A program made the position numbers and the translations under genes. A stretch of DNA of 64,000 nucleotides from Thermoleophilia bacterium (GTDB taxonomy: Bacteria; Actinomycetota; Thermoleophilia; Gaiellales; SKUG01), in NCBI GenBank assembly GCA_025964435.1, contig JAOPYV010000167.1:1419-65418 (forward strand), in the 5' to 3' direction. This document shows, in pieces, positions 1 to 9,633 of the stretch; the first letter of the stretch is position 1, and each line of letters opens with the position of its first letter. The notes beneath the pieces are model-generated. The model was not told the origin of the DNA and did no database searches. It saw only the letters and a program-made list of their open reading frames with translations.

Positions 1-1455
1 CTGCTGTCGCTGCCGCTTGGGCTCTCGATCTTCGTCATGAACATCGCGTCGATGCTTGGCTTCGGTCTCGGCATCGACTACTCGCTGCTCGGCGTGTCGC
101 GGTTCCGCGAGGAGCTCGCTGCCGGGCGCACCGTGCACGAAGCGGTCGTCACCACTGTCACGACCTCGGGGCGGGCGGCCGCGATCAGCGGCATCGCCGT
201 GCTCGCAGGCGTCGCGGCATTGGCGGCGATCCCGCTGCCGGTCATGTTCGCGATCGCCGTCGGTGGCGTCGTCGTGGTCGCCGTCACCGTGCTCGCCTCG
301 CTGACGATGCTGCCTGCCGTGCTCGGGCTGCTCGGCCACCGCGTCGAGCGTTGGAAGGTGCGCACCGTGCGGCCCGCCGTCGACGTGGAGGCGAGCGGCT
401 GGTACCGGCTCGCGCATGCCGTGATGCGCAAGCCCGGCCTCGCGATCTTCGGCGGCCTGTCGCTGCTGATCGTGCTGGCGCTGCCGGCGCTCAGCGCCCG
501 CCTCGACGTGCCACACACCGAGGTGCTGGCCGATGATGCACCGTCGCTCGTGGCGCGCAGCACGCTCGAGGAGCGCTTCGGTGAGCTGGTCCAGTCCCCC
601 GTCGTGCTGATCGCCGACACCGCTGACGAGGCGAAGCTCGACCGCATCCAGCAGCAGCTGCTCGGCGTCGACCACGTGCGCCGCACCGAGGTGCTCAAGC
701 GCGACGAGGCGCGCGACCGGACCCTGCTCAACGCCTACGGCGACGCGGCGATGGGCACCGGCGGCGCGCTCTCGCGCCAGGTGACGCGCGACGTACAGCG
801 GCTCGACTTCGCCGTCGACGTCGATGTCAGCGGCCAGGGTGCCGGCGAGATGGAGTACCTCGGGGTCATTCGCAAGCACATGCCGCACACGCTGCTGCTC
901 ATGTTCGTCTCGACGATCATCATCCTGGCGATCGCCTTCCGCTCGCTGACGCTGCCGTTCAAGGCGATCGTGCTCGACACGCTCTCCATCCTCGCGTCGC
1001 TCGGCGCCGTCGTCGCGGTCTTCCAGAACGGCGTCGGCATCGAGCTGCTCGGCGCGTCGGCGCTCGGCTACACCGAGGCGACGATCCCGATCGTCCTGTT
1101 CTGCGTGCTGTTCGGGCTCTCCATGGACTACGAGGTCTTCATGCTCGCGAAGGTGACCGAGCTCTACCAGGCCGGCTACGACGATCGCGAGGCGACGGCG
1201 CGCGGGGTCGCCGCGACGGCGCCACTCGTCACGGGCGCGGCGCTGATCCTGATCGTGGTCGGCATCGCCTTCGCCACGACGCAGCTCGTGCTGGTCAAGC
1301 AGATCGGATTCGGCATGGCCGTCGCACTGCTGCTCGACGCGACGGTCGTGCGCGTGCTGCTGCTGCCGGCGACGATGCGCTGGTTGGGTCCGAGGAACTG
1401 GTGGATGCCGTCAGCCCTGCAGCGACGGGTGCCGCGGTCGGACTGGGCGCACTGA
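1..1455 (+). CDS. MMPL-family (RND superfamily) membrane transporter, C-terminal part; the 5' end lies outside the window
   Basis: Frame 1 is open from nt 1. The translation shows MMPL-type TM bundles (GFGLGIDYSLL, GLSMDYEVFML, LLLDATVVRVLLLPATMRWLGPRNWWMP) separated by a soluble loop. GC3 is high. Confidence 0.85.
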   Translation: MLSLPLGLSIFVMNIASMLGFGLGIDYSLLGVSRFREELAAGRTVHEAVVTTVTTSGRAAAISGIAVLAGVAALAAIPLPVMFAIAVGGVVVVAVTVLASLTMLPAVLGLLGHRVERWKVRTVRPAVDVEASGWYRLAHAVMRKPGLAIFGGLSLLIVLALPALSARLDVPHTEVLADDAPSLVARSTLEERFGELVQSPVVLIADTADEAKLDRIQQQLLGVDHVRRTEVLKRDEARDRTLLNAYGDAAMGTGGALSRQVTRDVQRLDFAVDVDVSGQGAGEMEYLGVIRKHMPHTLLLMFVSTIIILAIAFRSLTLPFKAIVLDTLSILASLGAVVAVFQNGVGIELLGASALGYTEATIPIVLFCVLFGLSMDYEVFMLAKVTELYQAGYDDREATARGVAATAPLVTGAALILIVVGIAFATTQLVLVKQIGFGMAVALLLDATVVRVLLLPATMRWLGPRNWWMPSALQRRVPRSDWAH

Positions 1456-1461
1456 CCGAGG

Positions 1462-2397
1462 TCAGGCGCCGACGGTGAGCGTGACCGGACCGATGCCGGG
1501 CAGGCTGATGGCAGCTGCCGCGGCGCGGGACAGGTCGATGACGCGGCCGCCGACGAACGGGCCGCGGTCGTTGATGCGCACGGCGATCGAGCCACCCGGT
1601 CCGCTGACGTTCACCCAGGTGCCGAAGGGCAGCGACGGGTGTGCGGCCGTGAAGGCGTTCGGGTCGTAGCGCTCACCGTTCGCGGTCAGCTCACCGGAGA
1701 AGGAGTCGGCGTAGAAGGATGCGGTGCCGGACTGGTTGAAGCCGACGGGCTGCGCGTTCGAGACGGAGCTACCCGTGGCCATCGCGATCGCCGTGTTCTC
1801 CGGATGCCCGACGCGCGGCAGCAGCGGGGAGTCGCGGATCGTCGCCATCTTCGCGGCGTCGTCGCGGGCAGCATCGGCGGCGGCCTGGGCGCGGCTCAGC
1901 GCGGCACGCCCCTTCTTGACGACGGCCTCGCCACGCTTGACGTCCGCCTCCAGCTTGGCGCGCTTGGCGGCCAGCTTCGTCAGCTCTGCGCCGAGTCGCT
2001 GGAAGCGCCGCAGGGCTCGCGCCTCGTGACGGGTGACGATGTCGAGCGTGTCGATCGACGTGCCGACCTCACCCATCGAGCCACCGGTCGCGACGGTGGC
2101 GAGCGCCTCGGTCGTGCTGCCGTACTTGTAGATCGCGACGAGGCGCGCTTCGACCTGGCCGCGCAGCGCTCGGTGCGCACGACGCGCTGCAACCTGTCGC
2201 CGCTTGGTGGCGGCAAGGCTGGTGCGCGCGGTTGCGAGGCGCTGCGTATCGGCTGCGAGCTTGGTCGAGACCTGCGCTACGTTCTGAGCCGAGGCTTCCG
2301 GTGCGATCGCCACGAAGGAGGCGAGGAGCACCATCAGCATGCATCCCATGGTCGCTACAACACGACGCCGGGAGGATGTCCACGAGGGAAGTCCCAT
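1462..2397 (-). CDS. Secreted RlpA-like protein: coiled-coil region plus a C-terminal double-psi beta-barrel (lytic transglycosylase-like)
   Basis: C-terminus reads [38 protein letters not shown]...[17 protein letters not shown], typical of the RlpA/DPBB fold. N-terminus has SRRRVV followed by a hydrophobic signal ending ASA. The start is ambiguous (2433, 2397 or 2349). Confidence 0.8.
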   Translation of the reverse strand: MGLPSWTSSRRRVVATMGCMLMVLLASFVAIAPEASAQNVAQVSTKLAADTQRLATARTSLAATKRRQVAARRAHRALRGQVEARLVAIYKYGSTTEALATVATGGSMGEVGTSIDTLDIVTRHEARALRRFQRLGAELTKLAAKRAKLEADVKRGEAVVKKGRAALSRAQAAADAARDDAAKMATIRDSPLLPRVGHPENTAIAMATGSSVSNAQPVGFNQSGTASFYADSFSGELTANGERYDPNAFTAAHPSLPFGTWVNVSGPGGSIAVRINDRGPFVGGRVIDLSRAAAAAISLPGIGPVTLTVGA

Positions 2398-2686
2398 GAG
2401 GTAAGGAGGAGACGATAGGTACCCGTGAAGCATTCGGTCAAGGGGAGTCGTGGCCTACCATCCCGGCCAGCAGGGTGTCGTGGACCGTCGTTTTTTCAGT
2501 ATTCGACGGTTTGGCGTCGAAAAACCTGATCGGACGCACGGCCGTTGCGATGGCCGTCGGGATTTTGCATCCGGTCCAGCTTGATCGAAGGTACGACCAT
2601 CGATCGTGGATACGCGCCCTTCGCTGCCGGTTCGTGGTTTCATGCACGGTATGCATTCTCGCCCGCAGATCGACTCGATCACCTCC

Positions 2687-4486
2687 ATGCGCCAGACCAT
2701 TCGACGACCAATTGCTTCTCGCGCGCGCGCACGCACGAGGGCCATCACCGCTGTCGTGCTGCTGATCGGCGCACTGCTCGCCGCCGCCAGCAGCAGCTCT
2801 GCGGGCGCCGCAGCGGCGACGACGACACCCCGCGCTGGAGTGCCCAGCGATGGCGCCACATGGTTCGCGCTGGGTGCCAGCGTTCCCTACGTCTCCTGGC
2901 GCTGCGACTTCGGCTGTGGAGCCGGCGGCGGGGTGCGCGGCAATCGCACGTCGGTCGACCTGATGCTCCGCGACATGTCGCGCCGCGGAGTCCGTGTCGT
3001 GCGCTGGTACCTCTTCTCCGACGACGCGTGGCAGGTGCAGCGCGGCGCCGATGGCATGCCGACGACCGTGACCGATGGCGCCCTCGCGGACCTCGACGAG
3101 GCCGTGCACCTCGCCGAGAAGCATGACCTCGCGCTGCTTCCAGTCGTGCTGCCGGATCCGGGTCGCGTCCCCACCACGTGGTTCACCGACGCGGCGCAGG
3201 CCACCGCACTCGCCGAGGCGCTGCGTCCCGTCTTCGCGCGCTACCGCAGCAACCCACATGTCTATGGCTGGGAGGTCGCCACCGGCGCCGAGGCGCTCGT
3301 CGACGCCGGTCTCGTCGGCCCCGACCAGCTGCGTGCCCACGTGCGCCAGCTCGCGGCGACCGTGCACGTATCCAGCACCCGACTTGCGATCGCCAGTCCG
3401 CTCGACGTCTCGCGGATCGACGGCTACGTCGGCCTCGAGCTCGACGCCTACGCGCCGCAGGGAGTCTCCAGCCAGGAGGGCGAGCGCTGCGCGACCTGCC
3501 GCAGCGTCGCCGACCTGGTCGCGAACGAGGGCGCCGACCGACCCGTGCTGATCGGCGGGTTCGATGCAGCCACGACCGCGTCGGCCGCCTGGAAGCTCCA
3601 GCGCTTCGAGCAGCTCGGCTACGCCGGTGCGCTCGCCTGGTCGTGGCGGGGCATCGCCCATCCCCAGCAGCCGACGGTGCCGGCGACGGTGCCGCGCGCC
3701 GCGCTCTGGAACTACCTCTATGACAACGCCAATGCCGGTCCGCGCACGCGCGTGCTCAACCCCTGCCTCGGCCCGGACGCGGGGGCCTTCCGCTGCCCGA
3801 ACCTCAAGATGCGCACCCCCTTCAACCTCTCGATCGGCAAGCGCGGGACGCGGACGATCCTCTACAGCGCCAACTCGCTCGACAGCGTCGGTGCCGGACC
3901 CGCGTCGCTGCACGGCACGCGCAACGGGCGACTGACCATGGCGGCCAAGCAGGTCCTGCATCGCACGTTCGGCCGACCGATCCAGGTCGCGACCGGCGCC
4001 AAGCTGCTCTTCAAGGCGGTGCCCGGCCAGTACCGCTACTGGAAGTGGAACGGCGCGGCGCGCATGGAGCTGTGGCGCCTCGATTCGAGCGGTCGCGCCG
4101 TGCAGCGCACCCGCGTCGGGCCGAAGACGGTCTACTGCCTGCGCGACCTGCAGCGCACACGCGGCTCGTTGCCGCGCTCGCCCCGCGGCCGCGTCTACCC
4201 GGCCTGCAGCCAGCAGCTGTCGCAGCGGTCCGCCACGCTCGGCACCTCGGTCGGCTGGAGCGACGTGTACCCCGCCTCGTACAACGAGAACTGGATCGAC
4301 GTCACCGGCCTGCGCGGCTGCTTCGCGTACGTGCACATCGCCGACCCGACGAACGTCATCTACGAGTCGAACGAGGATGACAACCGCTCCAACGTCGTGG
4401 TGCGCCTGCCGTTCACGAAGTCCGGCAACCTCGGCTGCCCCGGCGCGAAGGCGCTCCCGACGACCGGCGCGACCGGGATCTATTGA
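2687..4486 (+). CDS. Secreted two-domain protein: GH5-like (beta/alpha)8 barrel plus a C-terminal lysyl-oxidase-like domain
   Basis: Signal/TM sequence RAITAVVLLIGALLAAASSSSAG. The N-terminal half resembles cellulase or mannanase barrels (RWYLFSDD, GWEVATGAE, PVLIGGFD). The C-terminal ~150 aa reads CLRDL...GWSDVYPASYNENWIDVTG...ADPTNVIYESNEDDN, like the LOX catalytic domain. The start is uncertain (2606-2687). Confidence 0.6.
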   Translation: MRQTIRRPIASRARARTRAITAVVLLIGALLAAASSSSAGAAAATTTPRAGVPSDGATWFALGASVPYVSWRCDFGCGAGGGVRGNRTSVDLMLRDMSRRGVRVVRWYLFSDDAWQVQRGADGMPTTVTDGALADLDEAVHLAEKHDLALLPVVLPDPGRVPTTWFTDAAQATALAEALRPVFARYRSNPHVYGWEVATGAEALVDAGLVGPDQLRAHVRQLAATVHVSSTRLAIASPLDVSRIDGYVGLELDAYAPQGVSSQEGERCATCRSVADLVANEGADRPVLIGGFDAATTASAAWKLQRFEQLGYAGALAWSWRGIAHPQQPTVPATVPRAALWNYLYDNANAGPRTRVLNPCLGPDAGAFRCPNLKMRTPFNLSIGKRGTRTILYSANSLDSVGAGPASLHGTRNGRLTMAAKQVLHRTFGRPIQVATGAKLLFKAVPGQYRYWKWNGAARMELWRLDSSGRAVQRTRVGPKTVYCLRDLQRTRGSLPRSPRGRVYPACSQQLSQRSATLGTSVGWSDVYPASYNENWIDVTGLRGCFAYVHIADPTNVIYESNEDDNRSNVVVRLPFTKSGNLGCPGAKALPTTGATGIY

Positions 4487-5427
4487 TGTCGGCGTCGGCC
4501 TCGCTTCGGCGCCTCTGCGCCACGCTCTTCGCGGTCGCGGCCTGCCTCGTGCCAGCCGCGCCGGCGTCAGCGAACCAGTTCCACGTCGAGTGCCCCAGCT
4601 CGCACGTCGCCTATGACGACCCGATCGTCTTCCCGGGCCAGCCGGGCGCCTCGCACCGACACGAGTTCTTCGGCGCCCGCACGGCGAATGCCGCGTCGAC
4701 CGCAGCCCAGCTCGAGGCGGGAACGACATCCTGTGGGCACCGCAGCGACACGGCCTCGTACTGGGTGCCGACGCTCGAGGTCAACGGGCGCTCGACGCGC
4801 GGGCACCTGACGGTCTACTACCAGCGTGCCGGCAAGCGCAGTGCTGCCGCGCCGCCGCGACGGCTCCGGCTCATCGCCGGTGACATGCGCGCGACCACCC
4901 GGCAGTCGATGCTCGTGACGCATTGGCAGTGCACCGGTCGACCGACGCGCTTCGCCGAACGCCCAGCCTGCCGACGCGGCGAGCGACTGGCCGCGTGGCT
5001 GCTCTTCCCCGACTGCTGGGACGGGCGCCGCATCGACAGCCCCGACCACAAGTCCCACCTGGCCTACGCCCGCGCAGCGCGTTGCCCGGCCACGCATCCG
5101 GTGGAGCTGATGCGCGTCGCCTACCGAGTGACGTGGCCGGTGCGACCGATCGCTGCCGCGACGGTGACGCTGGGCGGCGGCGTGCTCGGATCCACGGGGA
5201 TGCACGGCGACTTCTGGAACACGTGGCGCCAGTCGGCGCTCTACCAGCTGCGCTGGGACTGCCTCGAGGTCGCGCGACCCTGCGGGCTCGTCAGCGATCG
5301 ACCGGCGGCCGGCCGGCGTCTTCCGGCAGGTCCGCGTCCTGCGCAGCCTGCCGCCGTCGCAGTTCGTTCTGGGTCGCCCACGTCACGATCAGCGCCAGCG
5401 GGACACACTCCATCACGGCATACGTGA
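4486..5427 (+). CDS. Secreted DUF1996-family protein
   Basis: Signal peptide ending PASA. Conserved DUF1996-like blocks are present (DDPIVFPGQPGASHRHEFFG, SYWVPTL, LLFPDCWDG, HKSHLAY). TGATG start/stop overlap with the upstream gene. The last ~45 codons have low GC3 and overlap a convergent gene. Confidence 0.75.
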   Translation: MSASASLRRLCATLFAVAACLVPAAPASANQFHVECPSSHVAYDDPIVFPGQPGASHRHEFFGARTANAASTAAQLEAGTTSCGHRSDTASYWVPTLEVNGRSTRGHLTVYYQRAGKRSAAAPPRRLRLIAGDMRATTRQSMLVTHWQCTGRPTRFAERPACRRGERLAAWLLFPDCWDGRRIDSPDHKSHLAYARAARCPATHPVELMRVAYRVTWPVRPIAAATVTLGGGVLGSTGMHGDFWNTWRQSALYQLRWDCLEVARPCGLVSDRPAAGRRLPAGPRPAQPAAVAVRSGSPTSRSAPAGHTPSRHT

Positions 5428-5563
5428 GCGCCTTGCGCGAGCTGAGGAGCGGGAAGAAGAGGTCGTGCACGGCGTAGAGCAGCACGAGCATCACGGGGAT
5501 CGCGACCTGCAGCTGTCGCCGCGGCGCGAGGCCTTCCCACCATGCCAGCAGTCGTCGTCCCAT
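5291..5563 (-). CDS. Small two-TM membrane protein (hypothetical)
   Basis: 90-aa ORF with two hydrophobic helices. GC3 is high in this frame, whereas the overlapping plus frame has low GC3. Confidence 0.45.
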   Translation of the reverse strand: MGRRLLAWWEGLAPRRQLQVAIPVMLVLLYAVHDLFFPLLSSRKALTYAVMECVPLALIVTWATQNELRRRQAAQDADLPEDAGRPPVDR

Positions 5564-5598
5564 CGCCCGTAGTTTTGCACAGCCTGTAGGCTCGGCGC

Positions 5599-6498
5599 AT
5601 GAAGGACATCGGCATCATCGGCTTTCCCATGGACCTCGGCGGCAACAGTCGAGGTGTCGACATGGGCCCCTCCGCACTGCGCCTGACGAGGATGGTCAGC
5701 CGCCTCGAATCGCTCGGCCTCGACGTGGTCGAGCTCGGCAACGTGCTCGTCCACACGCGTGGCCTGATCAGCACGGGCACCTCCGATGCCCACTTCCTCG
5801 AGGAGATCCTGCGCGCCTGCGACGCGGCCGCGGAGATGACGGTCGATGCCGTCGAACGCGGCTTCACGCCGCTCATGCTCGGCGGCGACCACTCCGTCGC
5901 CATCGGCTCGCTCTGGGGCATGTCCAGCCTGCATGGACGCGGCGGTGCGATCTGGATCGACGCGCACGCCGACCTCAACACGCCTGAGACGAGCATCAGC
6001 GGCAACGTGCACGGCATGCCGCTCGCCGTCGCGCTCGGCCTCTGCAGCGACGACCCTCGGTTCGCCAACGATCGTTGGCCCGCGCAGGCGCTCGACCCGC
6101 AGCACACCGTGATCGTCGCGGCGCGCGACCTGGACAGCGCCGAGCAGGAGCTGCTGCGTTCGCCGAATGCACCGCGCGTCTTCTCGATGCAGGAGATCGA
6201 CCGCCGCGGCATCGCCGCCATCGCCGACGAGGCGCTGGCGATCGCGTCCGGCGCGGCCTTCCTCCATGTCTCACTCGACCTCGACGCGCTCGACCCGCGT
6301 GACGCCCCGGGCGTCGGCACCCCCGTGCGCGGCGGACTCGACTACCGTGAGGCGCACACGCTGCTCGAGATCATCGCCGCACATGGCGCCAGCAGCGTCG
6401 ATGTCGTCGAGGTCAATCCCGTGCTCGACGTGCGCAACCAGACTGCAGAGACGGCCGCGGAGCTGATCTGCTCGCTCTTCGGCGCCTCGATCATCTGA
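5599..6498 (+). CDS. rocF: Arginase (ureohydrolase family)
   Basis: Mn-binding ureohydrolase motifs GGDHSVAIGS, IWIDAHADLNTPETSISGNVHGMPLA, SLDLDALDP and EVNP. Confidence 0.9.
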   Translation: MKDIGIIGFPMDLGGNSRGVDMGPSALRLTRMVSRLESLGLDVVELGNVLVHTRGLISTGTSDAHFLEEILRACDAAAEMTVDAVERGFTPLMLGGDHSVAIGSLWGMSSLHGRGGAIWIDAHADLNTPETSISGNVHGMPLAVALGLCSDDPRFANDRWPAQALDPQHTVIVAARDLDSAEQELLRSPNAPRVFSMQEIDRRGIAAIADEALAIASGAAFLHVSLDLDALDPRDAPGVGTPVRGGLDYREAHTLLEIIAAHGASSVDVVEVNPVLDVRNQTAETAAELICSLFGASII

Positions 6499-6514
6499 TC
6501 CGGCGCGCAGCGGA

Positions 6515-7654
6515 TCAGTCCTCGTCGCAGGGCCCCGTCGAGACGGGCACGCGGCGTGCACCTTCGGCGATCGCGGCGAGCAGCTCGGCCCCGGGCACGC
6601 CATAGGCGGCGGCGATGCGCTGGTTGAGGCCCTTGGCCACGACCATGCCGAGCGCCGTGCCGTCGGCGGCGACGACGGGACCGCCCGAGTTGCCCGACTG
6701 CAGGTCGGCGCGGAAGGCGAGCACGCGCGTCATGCGCTCGGGACCGCCGCCCACCGGGACCGTCTCCCAGGACGCCGCGCGATCGATGCGTGCTGGCGTC
6801 GTCTGCTGCTCACCGCCGCGCGGAAAGCCGATCGCCGCGGCCGGCTCGCCGTGCAGCACGCGCGTGGAGATCGGGATCGCGGGCGGGAGCTGCGCACCAT
6901 CGAGCGCGAGGACGGCAACGTCGTTGTGGGCGTCGAACCAGGTCACCGTGGCCGCGCGCCCGGTGTAGGTCGGACCGCTGGCGAGGAACACCTGTCGCAT
7001 GCCGGCGACGACGTGGGCGTTCGTCAGCAGGAGGCCGGGCGCGGCGACCCACGCGGTGCCGGTGACCATGCGCGCGCATGCGCGGCCACGGACCTGCACC
7101 ACGCTGCCACGCGCCACCGCGACGGCCGTGAGGCCCGTGATCGACGGGTCGGGTGGATCGGCCAGGACCAGCGGACCGTTGAGCGAAGGGATGAGGCCCG
7201 AGCGAAGCACGATCGCACCCAGCGTTCCCGTCGGAGGCACCGATTCGACCAGTACCCCCATCGTGCTGGAGGTGCGCACCGCGGTCAGGCCGGGCGAGGT
7301 TGCCGGGACGATCGACGCGACCGCACCGACGAACCAGGCGAGGACGAGGCCCAGCGCGACGTTGAGCAGGGCGCCCGCGGCGCGGTCACCCGTGCGAGCA
7401 CGCCCGTCGCCGACGAGGGCGTCGACCGACGCCGTCACGTGGTCCAGTCGCAGTGCGACCGGCACGAGCCCCAACGCGCCGCCGAGCATGAATGCCAGCG
7501 CGGGCGGGGGCGAGCCGATGGCCACGGCGATCGCACCGGCGATCAGCCCTGCCATTGCGAACGCGCCCAGCGCGGTCGCCGAGACGAGGAATCCACGGCG
7601 GTAGCCGAGGTATGCCGCACCGCAGATCAGCGATACGAGGACCGCGTCGATCAT
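6515..7654 (-). CDS. MarP-like membrane serine protease (CvpA-like TM domain plus trypsin fold)
   Basis: Four N-terminal TM helices. C-terminal chymotrypsin triad context: TNAHVV (His), DVAVLAL (Asp), GNSGGPVV (Ser). ATGA overlap with the upstream kinase gene. Confidence 0.85.
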   Translation of the reverse strand: MIDAVLVSLICGAAYLGYRRGFLVSATALGAFAMAGLIAGAIAVAIGSPPPALAFMLGGALGLVPVALRLDHVTASVDALVGDGRARTGDRAAGALLNVALGLVLAWFVGAVASIVPATSPGLTAVRTSSTMGVLVESVPPTGTLGAIVLRSGLIPSLNGPLVLADPPDPSITGLTAVAVARGSVVQVRGRACARMVTGTAWVAAPGLLLTNAHVVAGMRQVFLASGPTYTGRAATVTWFDAHNDVAVLALDGAQLPPAIPISTRVLHGEPAAAIGFPRGGEQQTTPARIDRAASWETVPVGGGPERMTRVLAFRADLQSGNSGGPVVAADGTALGMVVAKGLNQRIAAAYGVPGAELLAAIAEGARRVPVSTGPCDED

Positions 7655-8835
7655 CCGCGCGCCGACCGCGGGAGCCGCAGCGTGAAGCGGCTGCCTTCGC
7701 CGGGCGCGCTCTCGACGCTCACGGAGCCACCATGCGCCTGGGCGACATGCTTGACGATGGAGAGGCCGATCCCGGTGCCGCCACGCGAGCGCGCACGGTC
7801 GGAGTCGACGCGATAGAAGCGCTCGAAGACGCGCTCGAGGTGCTCGCCCGAGATGCCCGCGCCGACGTCCAGGACCTCGACCTCGAGGAACGCCCCGCTG
7901 ACGCGCAGGCGCACCCGGACGACCGACCCCGCGTCGCTGTGCGCGATCGCGTTGTCGATGAGGTTGGAGAGCGCCTGACGGATCGCCTCCTCGTCGCCGA
8001 GGATCGGCTCGACGTCGGCGTCAGCCTCGATCTCCAGCGCGACCTCTGCGGTGCGCGAGGCGATGCCCGCCGTATCGATCACGTCGGCAGCGATCGCCCG
8101 GACGTCGACCGGCTCGCTGCGGAGCGCATCCGGGTCGTGCTGGAGGCGCGCCAACGCGAGCAGGTCCGTGACGAGCGCCGACAGGCGCAGCGCGTGGCGG
8201 TTCGCCCCGCCGACGAACTTCTCCAGCACCTCGCGCGGCATGTCAGGGTCGTCGGCGATCGTCTCCAGCGCACCCCGGATCACGGTGATCGGCGTCTTGA
8301 GCTCATGGCTGACGTTCGTGAAGAAGTCGCGGCGTGCCGCCTCGAGCCGACGCAGCTCGGTGACGTCCGTCACCACGGCGATCGCACCCTCGGGCTCGGC
8401 GTCGTCGCTGGCACCTGCAGGTCGCAGCGAGCGCACGGCGACCGCGAGCTGCAGTGGCTGTCCATCCTCGCCCTCGATCGTCAGCTCCCGCTCCAGGCGC
8501 GGCGCGTGCTCGTCGCGGCGCAGTACGAGCTCGAGCGCGTCGCACGCCTCGGGATGCGGCACGGCGACGTACATGTGGCTGCCCAGGCAGCTGTCTGCAT
8601 CAAGGCCGAGCATGGCGATCGCCGCCGGATTCGCGTGGACCACGATGCCCGCCCTGTCGACCGCCAGCACGCCCTCGCCGAGCCCACGCAGGATGCGGCG
8701 CAGGTCGGCCCGCTCGCGCTCGAGCTGCTCGATGCGCTGGCCCAGCTGCCACGCATTGTCGCGCATGGCACGCTCGACGGAGGCCGCGCTGCGCGGCCAG
8801 GGCGGCACGGAGAAATCATTGTGGTCGGGGCTCAT
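7651..8835 (-). CDS. Cytoplasmic PAS-domain sensor histidine kinase (SenX3/PhoR-like)
   Basis: H-box FFTNVSHELKTPITVIRG. ATPase boxes LIDNAIAHS and GTGIGLSIVKHV. PAS-like N-terminus and no TM segment. Confidence 0.9.
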   Translation of the reverse strand: MSPDHNDFSVPPWPRSAASVERAMRDNAWQLGQRIEQLERERADLRRILRGLGEGVLAVDRAGIVVHANPAAIAMLGLDADSCLGSHMYVAVPHPEACDALELVLRRDEHAPRLERELTIEGEDGQPLQLAVAVRSLRPAGASDDAEPEGAIAVVTDVTELRRLEAARRDFFTNVSHELKTPITVIRGALETIADDPDMPREVLEKFVGGANRHALRLSALVTDLLALARLQHDPDALRSEPVDVRAIAADVIDTAGIASRTAEVALEIEADADVEPILGDEEAIRQALSNLIDNAIAHSDAGSVVRVRLRVSGAFLEVEVLDVGAGISGEHLERVFERFYRVDSDRARSRGGTGIGLSIVKHVAQAHGGSVSVESAPGEGSRFTLRLPRSARG

Positions 8836-8853
8836 CGTGCTGGATGCTCCATG

Positions 8854-9612
8854 TCAGTCGCGCGGGTCGCGTGCTCGGTAGCCCACGCCGCGGATCGTCT
8901 CGACGACCTCGGCGTGCGTGTCCAGCTTGCGGCGCACTGCCCTGACATGCACGTCGATCGTGCGGTCCGTCACCCAGGCGTTGTCACCCATGACGCGCAC
9001 GACCAGCTGCTCCCGCGAGAACACCCGGCCCGGCGAACGCAGGAGCGCATGCAGCAGCCGCAGCTCGGTGCGTGTCAGACGGACATCGACACCATCCACG
9101 AGCACCTCATGGCGCGCGGGGTCGACGATCACGCCGCCCAGCTCGACGCGACGCTGGTCAGGATCGGCGGTGTCCTCCGGCTCGCTCGCGGCACCGTTCT
9201 CCTCGGCGGGAACGGACCCTCGATTGCGACGGAGCACCGCCTGCACGCGCGCGACGAGCTCCTTCGGCGAGAACGGCTTGCTGACGTAGTCGTCCGCGCC
9301 GACGCCGAGACCCAGGACTATGTCACTCTCGTCCCCCTTGGCGGTCAGCATGATGACGGGAATCTCGCGCATGGCAGCATCCGCACGCATCGCGCGGCAG
9401 ACGTCGAGTCCATCCAGCTCCGGCAGCATCAGGTCCAGTACGACGAGCTGCGGTGCGGCGCTCCGGACGAGGTCCAGCCCTGCTCGCCCGTCGCGGGCGG
9501 TCGACACGTCGAACCCCTCGCGTTGGAGGTTCCATTCGATGACGTCGCGAATCGCTTCTTCGTCCTCGATGACCACGATCGATCGATCTGCGGTGGCGAC
9601 AGTGTCGTTCAT
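8854..9612 (-). CDS. OmpR/PhoB-family response regulator
   Basis: Receiver motifs (VVIEDEE, VVLDLMLPELDG, LTAKG). Winged-helix C-terminus (LTRTELRLLHALL, VDVHVRAVRRKL, IETIRGVGYR). Unusually long acidic linker. Confidence 0.92.
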   Translation of the reverse strand: MNDTVATADRSIVVIEDEEAIRDVIEWNLQREGFDVSTARDGRAGLDLVRSAAPQLVVLDLMLPELDGLDVCRAMRADAAMREIPVIMLTAKGDESDIVLGLGVGADDYVSKPFSPKELVARVQAVLRRNRGSVPAEENGAASEPEDTADPDQRRVELGGVIVDPARHEVLVDGVDVRLTRTELRLLHALLRSPGRVFSREQLVVRVMGDNAWVTDRTIDVHVRAVRRKLDTHAEVVETIRGVGYRARDPRD

Positions 9613-9633
9613 GAAAGGAACGCTACCACGCGA

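Noticed and set aside
2398-2640. A cyclic-di-AMP (ydaO-type) riboswitch in the leader of the RlpA-like gene
   Set aside because: This class is known upstream of actinobacterial cell-wall hydrolase genes. Neither strand contains the conserved blocks I recall (CCGAAUCC, GGGGU.AAUC, ACCCGACAGCUAAC). Only fragments such as AGGGGAGUC and ACCGAAUG occur.
2438-4729. 763-aa minus-strand ORF
   Set aside because: It is antisense to the secreted GH/LOX-like gene, has Arg/Gly-rich low-complexity composition and has no motifs.
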